Positions 11,601-19,705 of a stretch of 53,036 nt of DNA are shown piece by piece. The number at the start of each line of letters is the position of its first letter. Position 1 is the first letter of the stretch. Below the pieces are notes generated by a model. The model was not told the DNA's origin. It did not search any database and was given only the letters and a program-made list of their open reading frames with translations. Source of the DNA: an uncultured bacterium (GTDB taxonomy: Bacteria; SAR324; NAC60-12); contig CAXGMD010000013.1 of assembly GCA_964010765.1 (NCBI GenBank), positions 1 to 53,036 of the forward strand, in the 5' to 3' direction. A program made the position numbers and the translations under genes.

Positions 11601-11883
11601 GGGTGCTGTACCGGTCTTTGCTGACTTTAACAATGATCAACAAAATGAGTTAGTTGTCGGTTCTGATGGAGGCAGACTGATCGAATTTCGCCCTGCAGAT
11701 GCTACCCAGGACACTCCTTGGGGGTGGAAACTGAATGATGGACCCCTCGCCAAGCTGAGCATGCCTGTTGGGGGTGTACCAGTTTTTGTTGACTACGACT
11801 CTGACGGAGATCTGGATTTAATTGTGGGCACTGAAGCAGGGGATCTGCAATTCTACCGCAACAAAGCCATCGAAGAGAACTAG
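8695..11883 (+). CDS. large secreted FG-GAP/VCBS repeat protein (15 repeats in three blocks of five)
   Basis: N-terminal signal peptide (MRRRFSF..., possibly Tat); 15 DxDGDGDxDL-type motifs separated by two Pro/Thr-rich linkers. Confidence 0.85.
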   Translation: MRRRFSFRQCWTTALLGILGLSGANTLPAAEDNAPIYQWQRQYYGKLNGQEQLLYTRGFERSILSFADFDGDGDEDLFVGKSDGRIALFRNPGDNQFRLETEDFSAFQEDVQNSRKVRVKRVIDVGTNAAPTWFDIDDDGDLDLFVGSGDGTIFFYQNRGNALLPVLELVTPAYMKIQVNGNSVPSFSDVNADRAADLLLGNQQGDTKLFYNQGIATRALFCPDVPSQRSRIKGCEKARTQLIGNISPEVDATPTFVDWEGDGDQDILVGKSRGRIDFYLNRGTKLQPEWELESSRFLFINTGGFAAPRFFDVNRDGYPELLIGTRTSRILYYENRDPITNGLKQVAALRRVNLDPRKAPLALMEEACAQIDVFPNCLPPLLEGFGLPLEVTTLEEIVERSLRPSPSFLSTEIGPDVVPDPQASSNAAAPGNMYTMQVNAPVVNDEETTTETTEPPVSREARSRNRYWPVTENFFNIGELLPEDRHTLVTAGDWDGDGDSDLLLGSRSGALYAYINQGGTEDPDWSRVEFPALAPNGRSFSAPSLADLDGDGDLDILVGREDGTLDLLRNEGSKESPDWQMAEVRFAKIDIGSRSTPLIRDLDGDSDLDLLVGNSQGFLIYFENQGSSEKANFVLESARFANAQSASGNAVPAIFQWDDDENADLLIGESSGTLQLLTHQPQPSYPVSLGWQQQAQIWQDLETVGSSAPFLVDLNGDQQQDLLVGDEDGHLLSWLFIGKQQPTDIALPEPVMTANTLERPRIVEGQDFADLPPAPTIQVVPPPTPILPREPIYELVSQRFAGQNFGNRAVPALLDLDGDGDLDLIVGNRRGELRSFQNDPENGSDRWNLMDENFLEYSGGANAAPVFADVDSDGDKDLLVGNESGSVLFWENRGTPEFPEFFRDPRPMNGVTSGRNSIPAIYDVNQDGRADLLLGNFGGNMRLYLQEANGTGFRFRLYHRRFLDLDVGLGAVPVFADFNNDQQNELVVGSDGGRLIEFRPADATQDTPWGWKLNDGPLAKLSMPVGGVPVFVDYDSDGDLDLIVGTEAGDLQFYRNKAIEEN

Positions 11884-11907
11884 ACGGCCAGAAACAGGCC
11901 AATTGAC

Positions 11908-11923
11908 TGGCACCGAACTTGAA
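11908..11923 (+). promoter_or_regulatory. possible sigma54 promoter upstream of flgI
   Basis: TGGCAC-CGAAC-TTGAA: canonical -24 box and correct spacing, but GA rather than GC at -12. Confidence 0.35.
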
Positions 11924-11977
11924 TCTGGTGCTACCCACTCTGGCAGCACACAGCGAGTTTACTTGCAAAAGGCAATC

Positions 11978-13069
11978 ATGTTTCGTAAGGGATTTCGGCT
12001 ACTACTGATCTGGGGGCTTTTCCTAACCATAGCCTCACCAGCCTGGGGAGTGCGGGTCAAAGACATCGCAAATCTGCGGGGAGCCCGTGATAACCAACTG
12101 ATCGGCTTTGGGCTCGTTGTGGGTCTGGATGGCACTGGAGACAGTCCAGGGAGCTTACTCTCACGCAAGCCAATCGTTAACGCCTTGGAGCGAGTTGGAA
12201 TCAGTCTAGCTAGCGAAGACATCAGTGGTCAGAGCATTGCCGCAGTTTGGTTGACAGCCACGCTGCCTGCTTTCTCCAAATCTGGCCAACGTCTGGATGT
12301 GACAGCAGCTACTATTGGAGATGCAGTATCTCTACGTGGTGGTGTCTTGCTGATGGCACCGCTGAGAGGTCCAGATCGCTTGGTCTATGCGGTAGCTCAA
12401 GGCCCGATCTCTGGTATCCCACAAGGTGTCAGTCGTGCGGAAGCCTTGCCTCCGGAGGAACTAGCTGGATTACCGGTGGGAGCCCGCATGGTTGCTTCTG
12501 TTGGTGCAGTTCCAGGCGGAGCTTTGGTAGAACGAGAGATTAATTTAAATCTAAATAGTCGTGCTCGGCTATTCCTAAATCTTAAATCTCCAGATTTTAC
12601 GACGGCGTTCCGGCTCGCAAAGCTTATTGACCAGAATTTGGGATATCGCACTGCAAGAGCAAAAGACGCGGGTACTGTCGAAATTCTTGTACCAGATAGT
12701 TATCTTGGACAGACTGTCGAGTTAATTTCCCGTATAGAAAATATGGAGATTACCCCAGACAGTGTGGCACAGGTAGTACTTGATGAACGCTCTGGCACCG
12801 TGGTCATGGGTGGTCAGGTACGAATTTCCCCAATCGCAATCTCTCAGGGTGGCCTAAGCATTCAGGTCAAAACTCCCGCTGCTGACCCTGAAGCCAACCC
12901 AGAGGGAAATATCATTGAGTCGGGAGTCTTCATGTTCAAGGGGGGAGCAGACTTGAAAGAAATCGTGGATGGTTTCAACAAAATTGGAGCCTCCAGTAAA
13001 GATCTGATCGAGATGCTCAAGGCTGTTAAAGCAGCCGGTGCCTTGCACGCAGAACTCATCATTCAGTAA
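11978..13069 (+). CDS. flgI: flagellar P-ring protein
   Basis: Signal peptide, RVKDIA...RDNQLIGFGLVVGLDGTGD, GDAVSLRGGVLL, PDFTTA, AGALHAELII. Start at ATG 11978. Confidence 0.96.
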   Translation: MFRKGFRLLLIWGLFLTIASPAWGVRVKDIANLRGARDNQLIGFGLVVGLDGTGDSPGSLLSRKPIVNALERVGISLASEDISGQSIAAVWLTATLPAFSKSGQRLDVTAATIGDAVSLRGGVLLMAPLRGPDRLVYAVAQGPISGIPQGVSRAEALPPEELAGLPVGARMVASVGAVPGGALVEREINLNLNSRARLFLNLKSPDFTTAFRLAKLIDQNLGYRTARAKDAGTVEILVPDSYLGQTVELISRIENMEITPDSVAQVVLDERSGTVVMGGQVRISPIAISQGGLSIQVKTPAADPEANPEGNIIESGVFMFKGGADLKEIVDGFNKIGASSKDLIEMLKAVKAAGALHAELIIQ

Positions 13070-13076
13070 GGAAACC

Positions 13077-13385
13077 ATGAAGCTCAATCCTGCGCTGATG
13101 CCTTTGATGCAGCGCACCATGCAAACAGAAGAGACGAGCAAACTAAACAATGATGATGTCCGACTGCGCAAAGCCGCAGAGGACTTCGAGGCACTACTCA
13201 CTCAGCAGATGCTCAAAACCATGCGAGAAGCTGGATTTAAGTCGGACTTGCTGCCGGAATCCAATGGTGAAAAGATCTTCCGCTCCATGTTGGATGAACA
13301 GTACGCCCAATCTATGGCTCAGTCTGAAGGATCTTTGGCAGAAGCACTATTGCGCCAACTAAAACCTCCAGCAAAAAAATTCTGA
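13077..13385 (+). CDS. flgJ: FlgJ rod-binding domain only (no muramidase)
   Basis: LRKAAEDFEALL..QMLKTMR, IFRSMLDEQYAQ, LAEALLRQL; position after flgI. Confidence 0.88.
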   Translation: MKLNPALMPLMQRTMQTEETSKLNNDDVRLRKAAEDFEALLTQQMLKTMREAGFKSDLLPESNGEKIFRSMLDEQYAQSMAQSEGSLAEALLRQLKPPAKKF

Positions 13386-13393
13386 AAATTTAC

Positions 13394-13420
13394 TCAAGTT
13401 TCTGGCACAACTGCCGATAC
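13394..13420 (+). promoter_or_regulatory. sigma28 (FliA) promoter for flgM
   Basis: TCAAGTTT-N11-GCCGATAC versus consensus TAAAGTTT-N11-GCCGATAA, upstream of flgM. Confidence 0.85.
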
Positions 13421-13438
13421 AGTGAGTAAGTAAGTTTT

Positions 13439-13475
13439 TGGATTGCTCCCTCAGCGAGAAATCCATTTTTTCTTT
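13439..13475 (+). terminator. terminator-like hairpin with U tract in the flgM leader
   Basis: TGGATT-GCTC-CCTCAGC-GAG-AAATCCA followed by TTTTTTCTTT; imperfect stem. Confidence 0.4.
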
Positions 13476-13544
13476 GTTTGTAATCACACTATCGTGACAA
13501 CCTCTTCAAGTTGATCACGATCATCTTAGCCCGACGAGGTGCCC

Positions 13545-13835
13545 ATGAAGGTAACAAACCAGCCGCAACCCCTTTTGCAGGATGCACGCGGTGGACTCCG
13601 AACAGAGGGTCAGGAAGTTGCTCGGCGTGACCAGCAGTTACGCAAAGACAACTTTGTTACAACCTCATCCTTCACAATCGACAAGCTCAAGCAACGCATT
13701 GCTGCTGAGCCCGAGATTCGCATGGACAAGGTTGCTAGTCTCCGTGATCAACTGCGCAACAGTGAATATAAAGTAGACACAGCCCGATTAGCTGACAAGA
13801 TGTTGACAGAAGCACTCAACGAGGAACTCTCCTGA
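13545..13835 (+). CDS. flgM: anti-sigma28 factor FlgM
   Basis: PEIRMDKVASLRDQLRNSEYKVDTARLADKML C-terminal motif; GAGGT SD; sigma28 promoter upstream. Confidence 0.9.
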   Translation: MKVTNQPQPLLQDARGGLRTEGQEVARRDQQLRKDNFVTTSSFTIDKLKQRIAAEPEIRMDKVASLRDQLRNSEYKVDTARLADKMLTEALNEELS

Positions 13836-14350
13836 CCACTAATGTCAGTTCCCAAAAAAATGCGCTAGTTTCTCTGCAGGACATCCTGAAAACAGAGATT
13901 GAGTTGCACCAAACACTTTGGGAACAACTACAGGAGGAAGCCAGTGGGTTTGGCGTTCTCAGTGGAAATGAGTTGCTCAGGATTCAGAGAGTGAAGGACA
14001 AGATTGTTGAACAGGTGATTCGGCAGGAAGAAAAGCGGATTTCTCTGGTTGACCAATTTCCTCGGCTCTGGCCGCAGCAACCCAGTCCTTTCACCCTCAG
14101 TGTGATCATTCAACTGGCACCCGCTGATCAGGCTAAGGCTTTGCAATATTGCTTTGATGAGTTGCAAAACATCTTATCAGAGATACGCATCTTAGCTGAA
14201 CGCAACAGTTTAGAATCCTCGGCTAGATTAAAATCTGTGGAAGCCTCTATGCGATTCTTGACAGAAGGCTCCGGTCGACAACAAGCGACCTACTCTGGTT
14301 CTGGAGAATTGCAGCATTCTGGTAGCAAAGTTTCGCGAACCTCTGTCTAA
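13832..14350 (+). CDS. flgN: flagellar export chaperone FlgN (start uncertain)
   Basis: Helical protein between flgM and flgK with a C-terminal TYSGSG motif. The frame stays open upstream of the called TTG 13904 (LVSLQDILKTEIEL...) with no in-frame ATG; candidate CTG start at 13832. Confidence 0.7.
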   Translation: MTTNVSSQKNALVSLQDILKTEIELHQTLWEQLQEEASGFGVLSGNELLRIQRVKDKIVEQVIRQEEKRISLVDQFPRLWPQQPSPFTLSVIIQLAPADQAKALQYCFDELQNILSEIRILAERNSLESSARLKSVEASMRFLTEGSGRQQATYSGSGELQHSGSKVSRTSV

Positions 14351-14371
14351 AAACGACCCCAGCAGACTATT

Positions 14372-16060
14372 ATGTCCCTGACTCACGCTCTGAATATGGG
14401 CAGCCGTTCACTCTCTGCACAACAAAGAGGTGTATCGACTGCTGGCCACAACATTGCCAATCAGAATACAGAGGGCTTTTCACGTCAGGAAGTCAGCACT
14501 CGAGCCGCACAAGCAGATCCTACAGGACTTGGCGCAGGCGCTGAAGCTCTCCCCACCAAACGTGTATACGATCAGTTTCTCCAACGCAAAATTCTACAAG
14601 AGTCACCGCGGTCAGGCCGTTATGGCGTTCGCGAAAATGTTCTAACGAAGTTGGAAGTCATCTTTGACGAAATGAACAACAACGGTATTCGTCGTTCAAT
14701 GAACGATTTCTGGGATTCTTGGGCACAACTCGCCAATCATCCAGAATCTGATTCAGCTCGGGCGAAAGCGAGAGACATGGGGGATCGACTGGCAACTCGA
14801 TTTCGAGACACCAACGCTCAACTTCGTAGCCTACGCAACGAAACTAATTCTAGAATTGGGGCCACCGTCGAAACTATCAATGAGCACGCCAGAAAACTTC
14901 AGGAGCTAAATCGTCAAATCTTTTCCTATGAAGCTGGTGGTGGTCGCCACGCTAACGATGCCCGGGATGAACGAGACCGAACACTGGAGAGCCTCTCGAA
15001 GCTAGTTGACCTGAACTGGGTAGAAGGCAAAGATGGAATGTTGACAGTCTTCATTGGTAGAGACTGGACACTAGTTCAGGGTAATAAAGCGAATGAGTTG
15101 GTAGCATCACTGAAGGGTGGTGAGATTGGCATGTATCGTGTGGAGGGGAAGCTTTCTCGAGAATCTCGACGTGACATCACCGAGATTTTTCGGGCTGGTG
15201 AAATGCAAGAATTGACAGAAGTTCGAGACAAAACCATTGTCAAGTACATGGATGATTTGAATGATTTGGCTTTTGGCCTAACCAGCAAGATCAACCAATT
15301 ACATGCTACTGGAACGGGTTTGAAATCTGCCAGCAATATGATGAAAAGTGCCTACGGCTTAAATGCAGAAGCGAGGCTTCAGCCACTGCCTTTTCTGAAA
15401 GACGGTATCTTCCAATTACACTTGGTTGATCGTGAGAACGATTTTGTAGAAACCTACGAAATTGAGATCCAAGCTGGTCGGGATACACTAAATGATATTG
15501 TACAGCGGATCAATCAGACGGTAAACGCTCCAGAATTACTCTATGCCTCTATTGAAGAAGATGGCTCGATGTTCATTCAGACGGGTACAGACTACAAATT
15601 CATCTTTGGTGATGACAAGACTGATCTAACCCAAGTGCTTGGCTTTAATAGTTTTTTTGAAACACTCAAAGGCGCCGAAGACCTGAGGTTGAGTGACCGA
15701 ATCATGCTGGATCCGAACACGATTTCTACAGGTCGTGATCTCTATCCGGGTGACAATCGAGTAGCGCTAGACATTGCCAAGTTGCAGACTGATCCACATA
15801 TGCGCAACGACACGATGACCTTTGATGAGTTCTACAACACGATTCTTGCTGATCTTGGTCTAAGGATACAACGCAACCAGACAGAAAAAGCTCAACAAGA
15901 TAGCTTAGTGAATCAGTTCAGTCAGATCCGTAGCTCAATCAGCGGAGTCAACATGGACGAAGAACTAGCAAAGATGATGCAGTATCAAAAAGCCTATGAG
16001 GCATCGGCACGTTTTGTAGGTACTGTCGACCAAATGATGGAAACTCTCGTGCGCATGTAA
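14372..16060 (+). CDS. flgK: flagellar hook-associated protein 1
   Basis: AGHNIANQNTEGFSRQ N-terminus; ISGVNMDEE...YQKAYEASARF C-terminus. Confidence 0.96.
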   Translation: MSLTHALNMGSRSLSAQQRGVSTAGHNIANQNTEGFSRQEVSTRAAQADPTGLGAGAEALPTKRVYDQFLQRKILQESPRSGRYGVRENVLTKLEVIFDEMNNNGIRRSMNDFWDSWAQLANHPESDSARAKARDMGDRLATRFRDTNAQLRSLRNETNSRIGATVETINEHARKLQELNRQIFSYEAGGGRHANDARDERDRTLESLSKLVDLNWVEGKDGMLTVFIGRDWTLVQGNKANELVASLKGGEIGMYRVEGKLSRESRRDITEIFRAGEMQELTEVRDKTIVKYMDDLNDLAFGLTSKINQLHATGTGLKSASNMMKSAYGLNAEARLQPLPFLKDGIFQLHLVDRENDFVETYEIEIQAGRDTLNDIVQRINQTVNAPELLYASIEEDGSMFIQTGTDYKFIFGDDKTDLTQVLGFNSFFETLKGAEDLRLSDRIMLDPNTISTGRDLYPGDNRVALDIAKLQTDPHMRNDTMTFDEFYNTILADLGLRIQRNQTEKAQQDSLVNQFSQIRSSISGVNMDEELAKMMQYQKAYEASARFVGTVDQMMETLVRM

Positions 16061-16093
16061 GCCGCACTCATTTCATAGTTAGAGAATCGCCTC

Positions 16094-17404
16094 ATGCGTG
16101 TGACTGAAACCATCAAGCGGGATCAAGTCCTCGGCAACATTCAAAGAAACGCCCAGAAGCTGCAAGATCTGCAACTGGAGATGGCGACAGGACAGCGGAT
16201 CAACAAGCCCTCTGATGATCCGCTTGGTGCCACGATGGCTCAGGACATCGTGACCAACATCTCTAAACAACGCCAACGCCTAGCAAATCTGGCAGATTCC
16301 ATTTCTTGGTTGGAACGCTCAGAGATTGAGTTGATCAAGATCAACGAGTTTCTTGACAAAGCAAAAACGCTGGTCATGTCACAGTCGACCAGTTCTGCGA
16401 ATGAAGACACACGCAATGCAACAGCAGGTGAAATCAAGGATATACGAGATGCCTTATTCGATGCAGGTAACGCTCGTTCCGGCAAGCTGTATCTCTTCTC
16501 AGGAATCAAATCACTAACTCCTGCAATCAAGCACAACTACATCCTCCAACCAGCCAAGGTGGAAACTGAAAAAATTGTCCAGGGTGACATTCGTGACTTG
16601 GTCGACGTCACCCAGTTTCAGGCTCAATTTGAAGGCTTTTCAAACAATCCATATGTTTTGAAGATTACAGAGTCCGGGCCTTGGGGTCGGGCACGCTACC
16701 AAATTTCTGACGACGGTGGGCAGAATTGGGGACCAGAACTGAGCCTGCGGCCTGTGGTCGATATGATCAATCCATCTGGGAAGGAGAGCGACCAGGTCAA
16801 ATTAAAATTCTCTGATGACCGAGGAGAATTACAGAACAAGGTCAACCTACTGCCAGATGCTTTTGATTTCAGTAGTGAGAAGGTTGAAGATTTTGATATT
16901 TCAGAGTTAGGCCCGGTGTTTCCGGAAGGAATGGAGTTCGTGTTTACCCCTAACCCACCCATTTCTTTCATCGGTAGTCCTCAAAAGAAAGAGACTCTGA
17001 TTGCAGACGGAATTACTGTTCCAGTGACTGTCACTGCGAATGAGTTGTTGTTGGGAGAGGGAGAAATCGAAGTAGACACTTTCTCTCTGCTGATGTCGCT
17101 CGAAAGAGCCTTGGAAACTAATGATGGTTCTGTTCTTGCAGAAAAATTGCAAGAACTAGAATTGGCCTTGGAGCAGGTTTTAAAGCAACGTGCTTTTATA
17201 GGAAACACAATGCGGGACCTGCAAGAAGCGCAACAGAAACAGGAAGTTCAGATCTTCGATCAGGAGCGCCGACTCTCTGAGATTCGCGATGCTGATTTGG
17301 CGGAATCTGCCCTGCATCTGAAAACTGCTGAACTGAACAACCGTGTTTCTTTGGATGCCGGTAGTCGCCTCATTCAGCCATCATTGACAGATTTTTTGCG
17401 ATAA
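16094..17404 (+). CDS. flgL: flagellar hook-associated protein 3
   Basis: MRVT, ATGQRINKPSDDP, YLFSG, IRDADLAE, SLTDFLR. Confidence 0.95.
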   Translation: MRVTETIKRDQVLGNIQRNAQKLQDLQLEMATGQRINKPSDDPLGATMAQDIVTNISKQRQRLANLADSISWLERSEIELIKINEFLDKAKTLVMSQSTSSANEDTRNATAGEIKDIRDALFDAGNARSGKLYLFSGIKSLTPAIKHNYILQPAKVETEKIVQGDIRDLVDVTQFQAQFEGFSNNPYVLKITESGPWGRARYQISDDGGQNWGPELSLRPVVDMINPSGKESDQVKLKFSDDRGELQNKVNLLPDAFDFSSEKVEDFDISELGPVFPEGMEFVFTPNPPISFIGSPQKKETLIADGITVPVTVTANELLLGEGEIEVDTFSLLMSLERALETNDGSVLAEKLQELELALEQVLKQRAFIGNTMRDLQEAQQKQEVQIFDQERRLSEIRDADLAESALHLKTAELNNRVSLDAGSRLIQPSLTDFLR

Positions 17405-17512
17405 GCCTACATTGTTCGCAGAACTGGATTCCAAGCGCCCTGCCAGCATAGGATCGCATACAAGTGCCATCAAATGTTTTGAGCGCCCTACTCCCAATAA
17501 CGGAAAGGCGAG

Positions 17513-17746
17513 ATGCTTATACTGACAAGGAAGTCGGGTGAGAGCATTACGATCGGTGATGATGTCAAGATCCAGGTCATAGAAATCAAGGGGAAGCAAG
17601 TCCGGATTGGAATTGAGGCTCCGCGAAACTACGTCATTCACCGGGAAGAAGTGTACATCCGCATTCAGGAAGAAAACAAACGTGCCGCAGAGAAATCACC
17701 AGTTTCCTTAAAGAATCTGCGAGATCTCCTAGCCCGTGGACGGTAA
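17513..17746 (+). CDS. csrA: carbon storage regulator CsrA (long C-terminal, FliW-type)
   Basis: [18 protein letters not shown]...[21 protein letters not shown]. Confidence 0.97.
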   Translation: MLILTRKSGESITIGDDVKIQVIEIKGKQVRIGIEAPRNYVIHREEVYIRIQEENKRAAEKSPVSLKNLRDLLARGR

Positions 17747-17829
17747 AGCTATTACCTGTTTTAACAGGATGTACTTTCAGAAATCAAACCCAACTACCCA
17801 ACTTCCAGGCCAGTGATCAAAGAGGCTTC

Positions 17830-18336
17830 ATGAGTATGCAAACCACCCGGTTCGGCAAGGTCGAAATTGATGATAGTCAGGTGCTGACCTTACCCAGTGG
17901 TCTACTCGGCTTCTCAAATGAGCGGCATTTCGTTCTGCTTAATGATGAAGAGCCAGAGTCTCCTTTTCAGTGGCTACACTCCATGGACACGCCAGACCTT
18001 GCTTTCGTTGTCATGGCTCCAACCTACGCCTACTCAGATTATCACATCAACCTGAATGAAGATCATCTTCGGAAATTGGAAGCAGAATCAGCTGATCAGA
18101 TTGAGGTTCGTTGTATTTTGACCATGGCTCGGGAACTATCGAACATTACCATCAACTTACAAGGTCCGTTACTGCTGAATCTGGAAAAGCGCATCGGAAT
18201 GCAGTTAGTGATTCCTGATGGGAAATACAACACTCGCCATCCACTTTTTGGTGAACAGTCTGTATCCTTTTCTGAAAGCAAAGAACAAAATTCTGAAAAG
18301 TCACACAACAAGAACAAAAGAAAGGCTGTCGGTTAG
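17830..18336 (+). CDS. fliW: flagellar assembly factor FliW
   Basis: TTRFG, GLLGF, PFQWLHS, LAFVV, TINLQGPLLLN. Confidence 0.94.
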   Translation: MSMQTTRFGKVEIDDSQVLTLPSGLLGFSNERHFVLLNDEEPESPFQWLHSMDTPDLAFVVMAPTYAYSDYHINLNEDHLRKLEAESADQIEVRCILTMARELSNITINLQGPLLLNLEKRIGMQLVIPDGKYNTRHPLFGEQSVSFSESKEQNSEKSHNKNKRKAVG

Positions 18337-18803
18337 TAGGGTTCTGAAACCACAGAAAGTTCCTGATCGATTTTCTCCTCTTCTAAAGGCCAATCAACGT
18401 CACCAGCTTTTGCGTCCCTGAAGAATTCTCCACACATTAGACTGATAGAACCACCCCACCTGATTCTACTCCCTGGCACACATAACTGATGAGATTGTAC
18501 AGCAATCGCTGCTGCTCTCTCCGTCTTTAGCGGAATAACAGGATCGAACTCTTCCAACTCCAAAAGATGCCAATAAATAAGCGGATTTTCTTTCGGCGAA
18601 AGATGTTCAGCTAATGTCTGATCCGACGGAACGACACATTGACGCTTTGTGATAGTAGCCAGCACACCAGAAGCAGTGATCCAGTTCTCAGATTTACAAA
18701 CCAGATCTACTGGGATTTGCTGGTTGACACAGTCTTCAAGAAACGCAATGTTGACCAGCGTTGTGCTGGTTGTCTTTTGAATCCAATGCTGAGTCCAACT
18801 CAT
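18333..18803 (-). CDS. hypothetical protein
   Basis: About 156-aa ORF filling the gap convergent to fliW; no recognisable motif; start uncertain (18803 or 18821). Confidence 0.55.
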   Translation of the reverse strand: MSWTQHWIQKTTSTTLVNIAFLEDCVNQQIPVDLVCKSENWITASGVLATITKRQCVVPSDQTLAEHLSPKENPLIYWHLLELEEFDPVIPLKTERAAAIAVQSHQLCVPGSRIRWGGSISLMCGEFFRDAKAGDVDWPLEEEKIDQELSVVSEPY

Positions 18804-19050
18804 TATCTTAGTAGATGCCAAACAATATTCTTATTTTTCAAATTGTTTGTAATAGTTGACAGGATAGAATGAATAGCCTGCAAAAAAGTCATCCTATTTT
18901 CTATTTATGAAGATCTCATGCAACAAGAAAGCACACCAAGATGACGTTCTTCCCTACAACGCAGGAATGTGATAAAGACACACGATCCTTGCAAGTTGGG
19001 GGAGAATCAATGATTCTGAGGCACTAAATTTTCTGGCATCCTCTTGTGTA

Positions 19051-19704
19051 ATGAAGCTCATGTACTCTTTCGCTCGACCAGATTCTGGTGACGCTACGAT
19101 TCCTGAAATCAATGGCCGTCTAACAGAAATCATCCGTATGTCTCATGATGTCCCAGAGACTGTCGAAGTAACGGCCGACAATCAAGGCATTCTCATCAAA
19201 TTTCATGATACAGGCACTGGTTTATGTAGTGACGTGATCTACCATCCGGGTGATCTTTTAACAATGGAGGTTCAAACAGAGGCACATCCTGAAGCTGATC
19301 CACTTAACGCTATCGTTCGCTTAGAAATTCTTTGGTCAAGACCTCAGGATGATGAGAACATTCTCGCCATGTGTGTCCGACAACTAATCTTTGACACTTA
19401 TGAGGAACTAAATTTGAAAATTGATCCTGAGTTGCTTGGGCTACTTCACAACAAAAGTACCAACAGTACTCAGCGGTTGGTTGAAATATATGGATTAGAG
19501 GAAGAACTCAACAAACCTGAACTCAACGAATTGGTCAAAAACTACCGTTTAGTTCATCCCAGTACACAGTACCGCTACGGTGCCAAGATTTTGCATTCTC
19601 ATCTCAAAAGCTGGTCCATGGTCTTAGGATATATGGCCAAGTATCTCTCCCCAGAGCAAATGCTCTCACTCCATCGTCCGACTGCGACTCGTAGACCGGT
19701 TTGA
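19051..19704 (+). CDS. hypothetical protein, N-terminal half weakly PilZ-barrel-like
   Basis: 217-aa ORF heading a tightly packed plus-strand run. Confidence 0.7.
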   Translation: MKLMYSFARPDSGDATIPEINGRLTEIIRMSHDVPETVEVTADNQGILIKFHDTGTGLCSDVIYHPGDLLTMEVQTEAHPEADPLNAIVRLEILWSRPQDDENILAMCVRQLIFDTYEELNLKIDPELLGLLHNKSTNSTQRLVEIYGLEEELNKPELNELVKNYRLVHPSTQYRYGAKILHSHLKSWSMVLGYMAKYLSPEQMLSLHRPTATRRPV

Positions 19705-19705
19705 A

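Noticed and set aside
7315..11883. Recurring GATGGAGATGGAGA-like DNA motifs as a repeat array or CRISPR
   Set aside because: They are degenerate codons of DxDGDG protein repeats in long ORFs; there are no identical repeats with unique spacers and no cas genes.
13077..17404. Muramidase-less FlgJ and internal insertions in FlgK/FlgL as novelties
   Set aside because: Single-domain FlgJ and enlarged hook-junction proteins are already known outside enteric bacteria.
18998..19027. GGGGGAG SD plus 5-codon uORF (MILRH*) before the 19051 gene
   Set aside because: Too short to distinguish from chance; no attenuator structure or informative codons.
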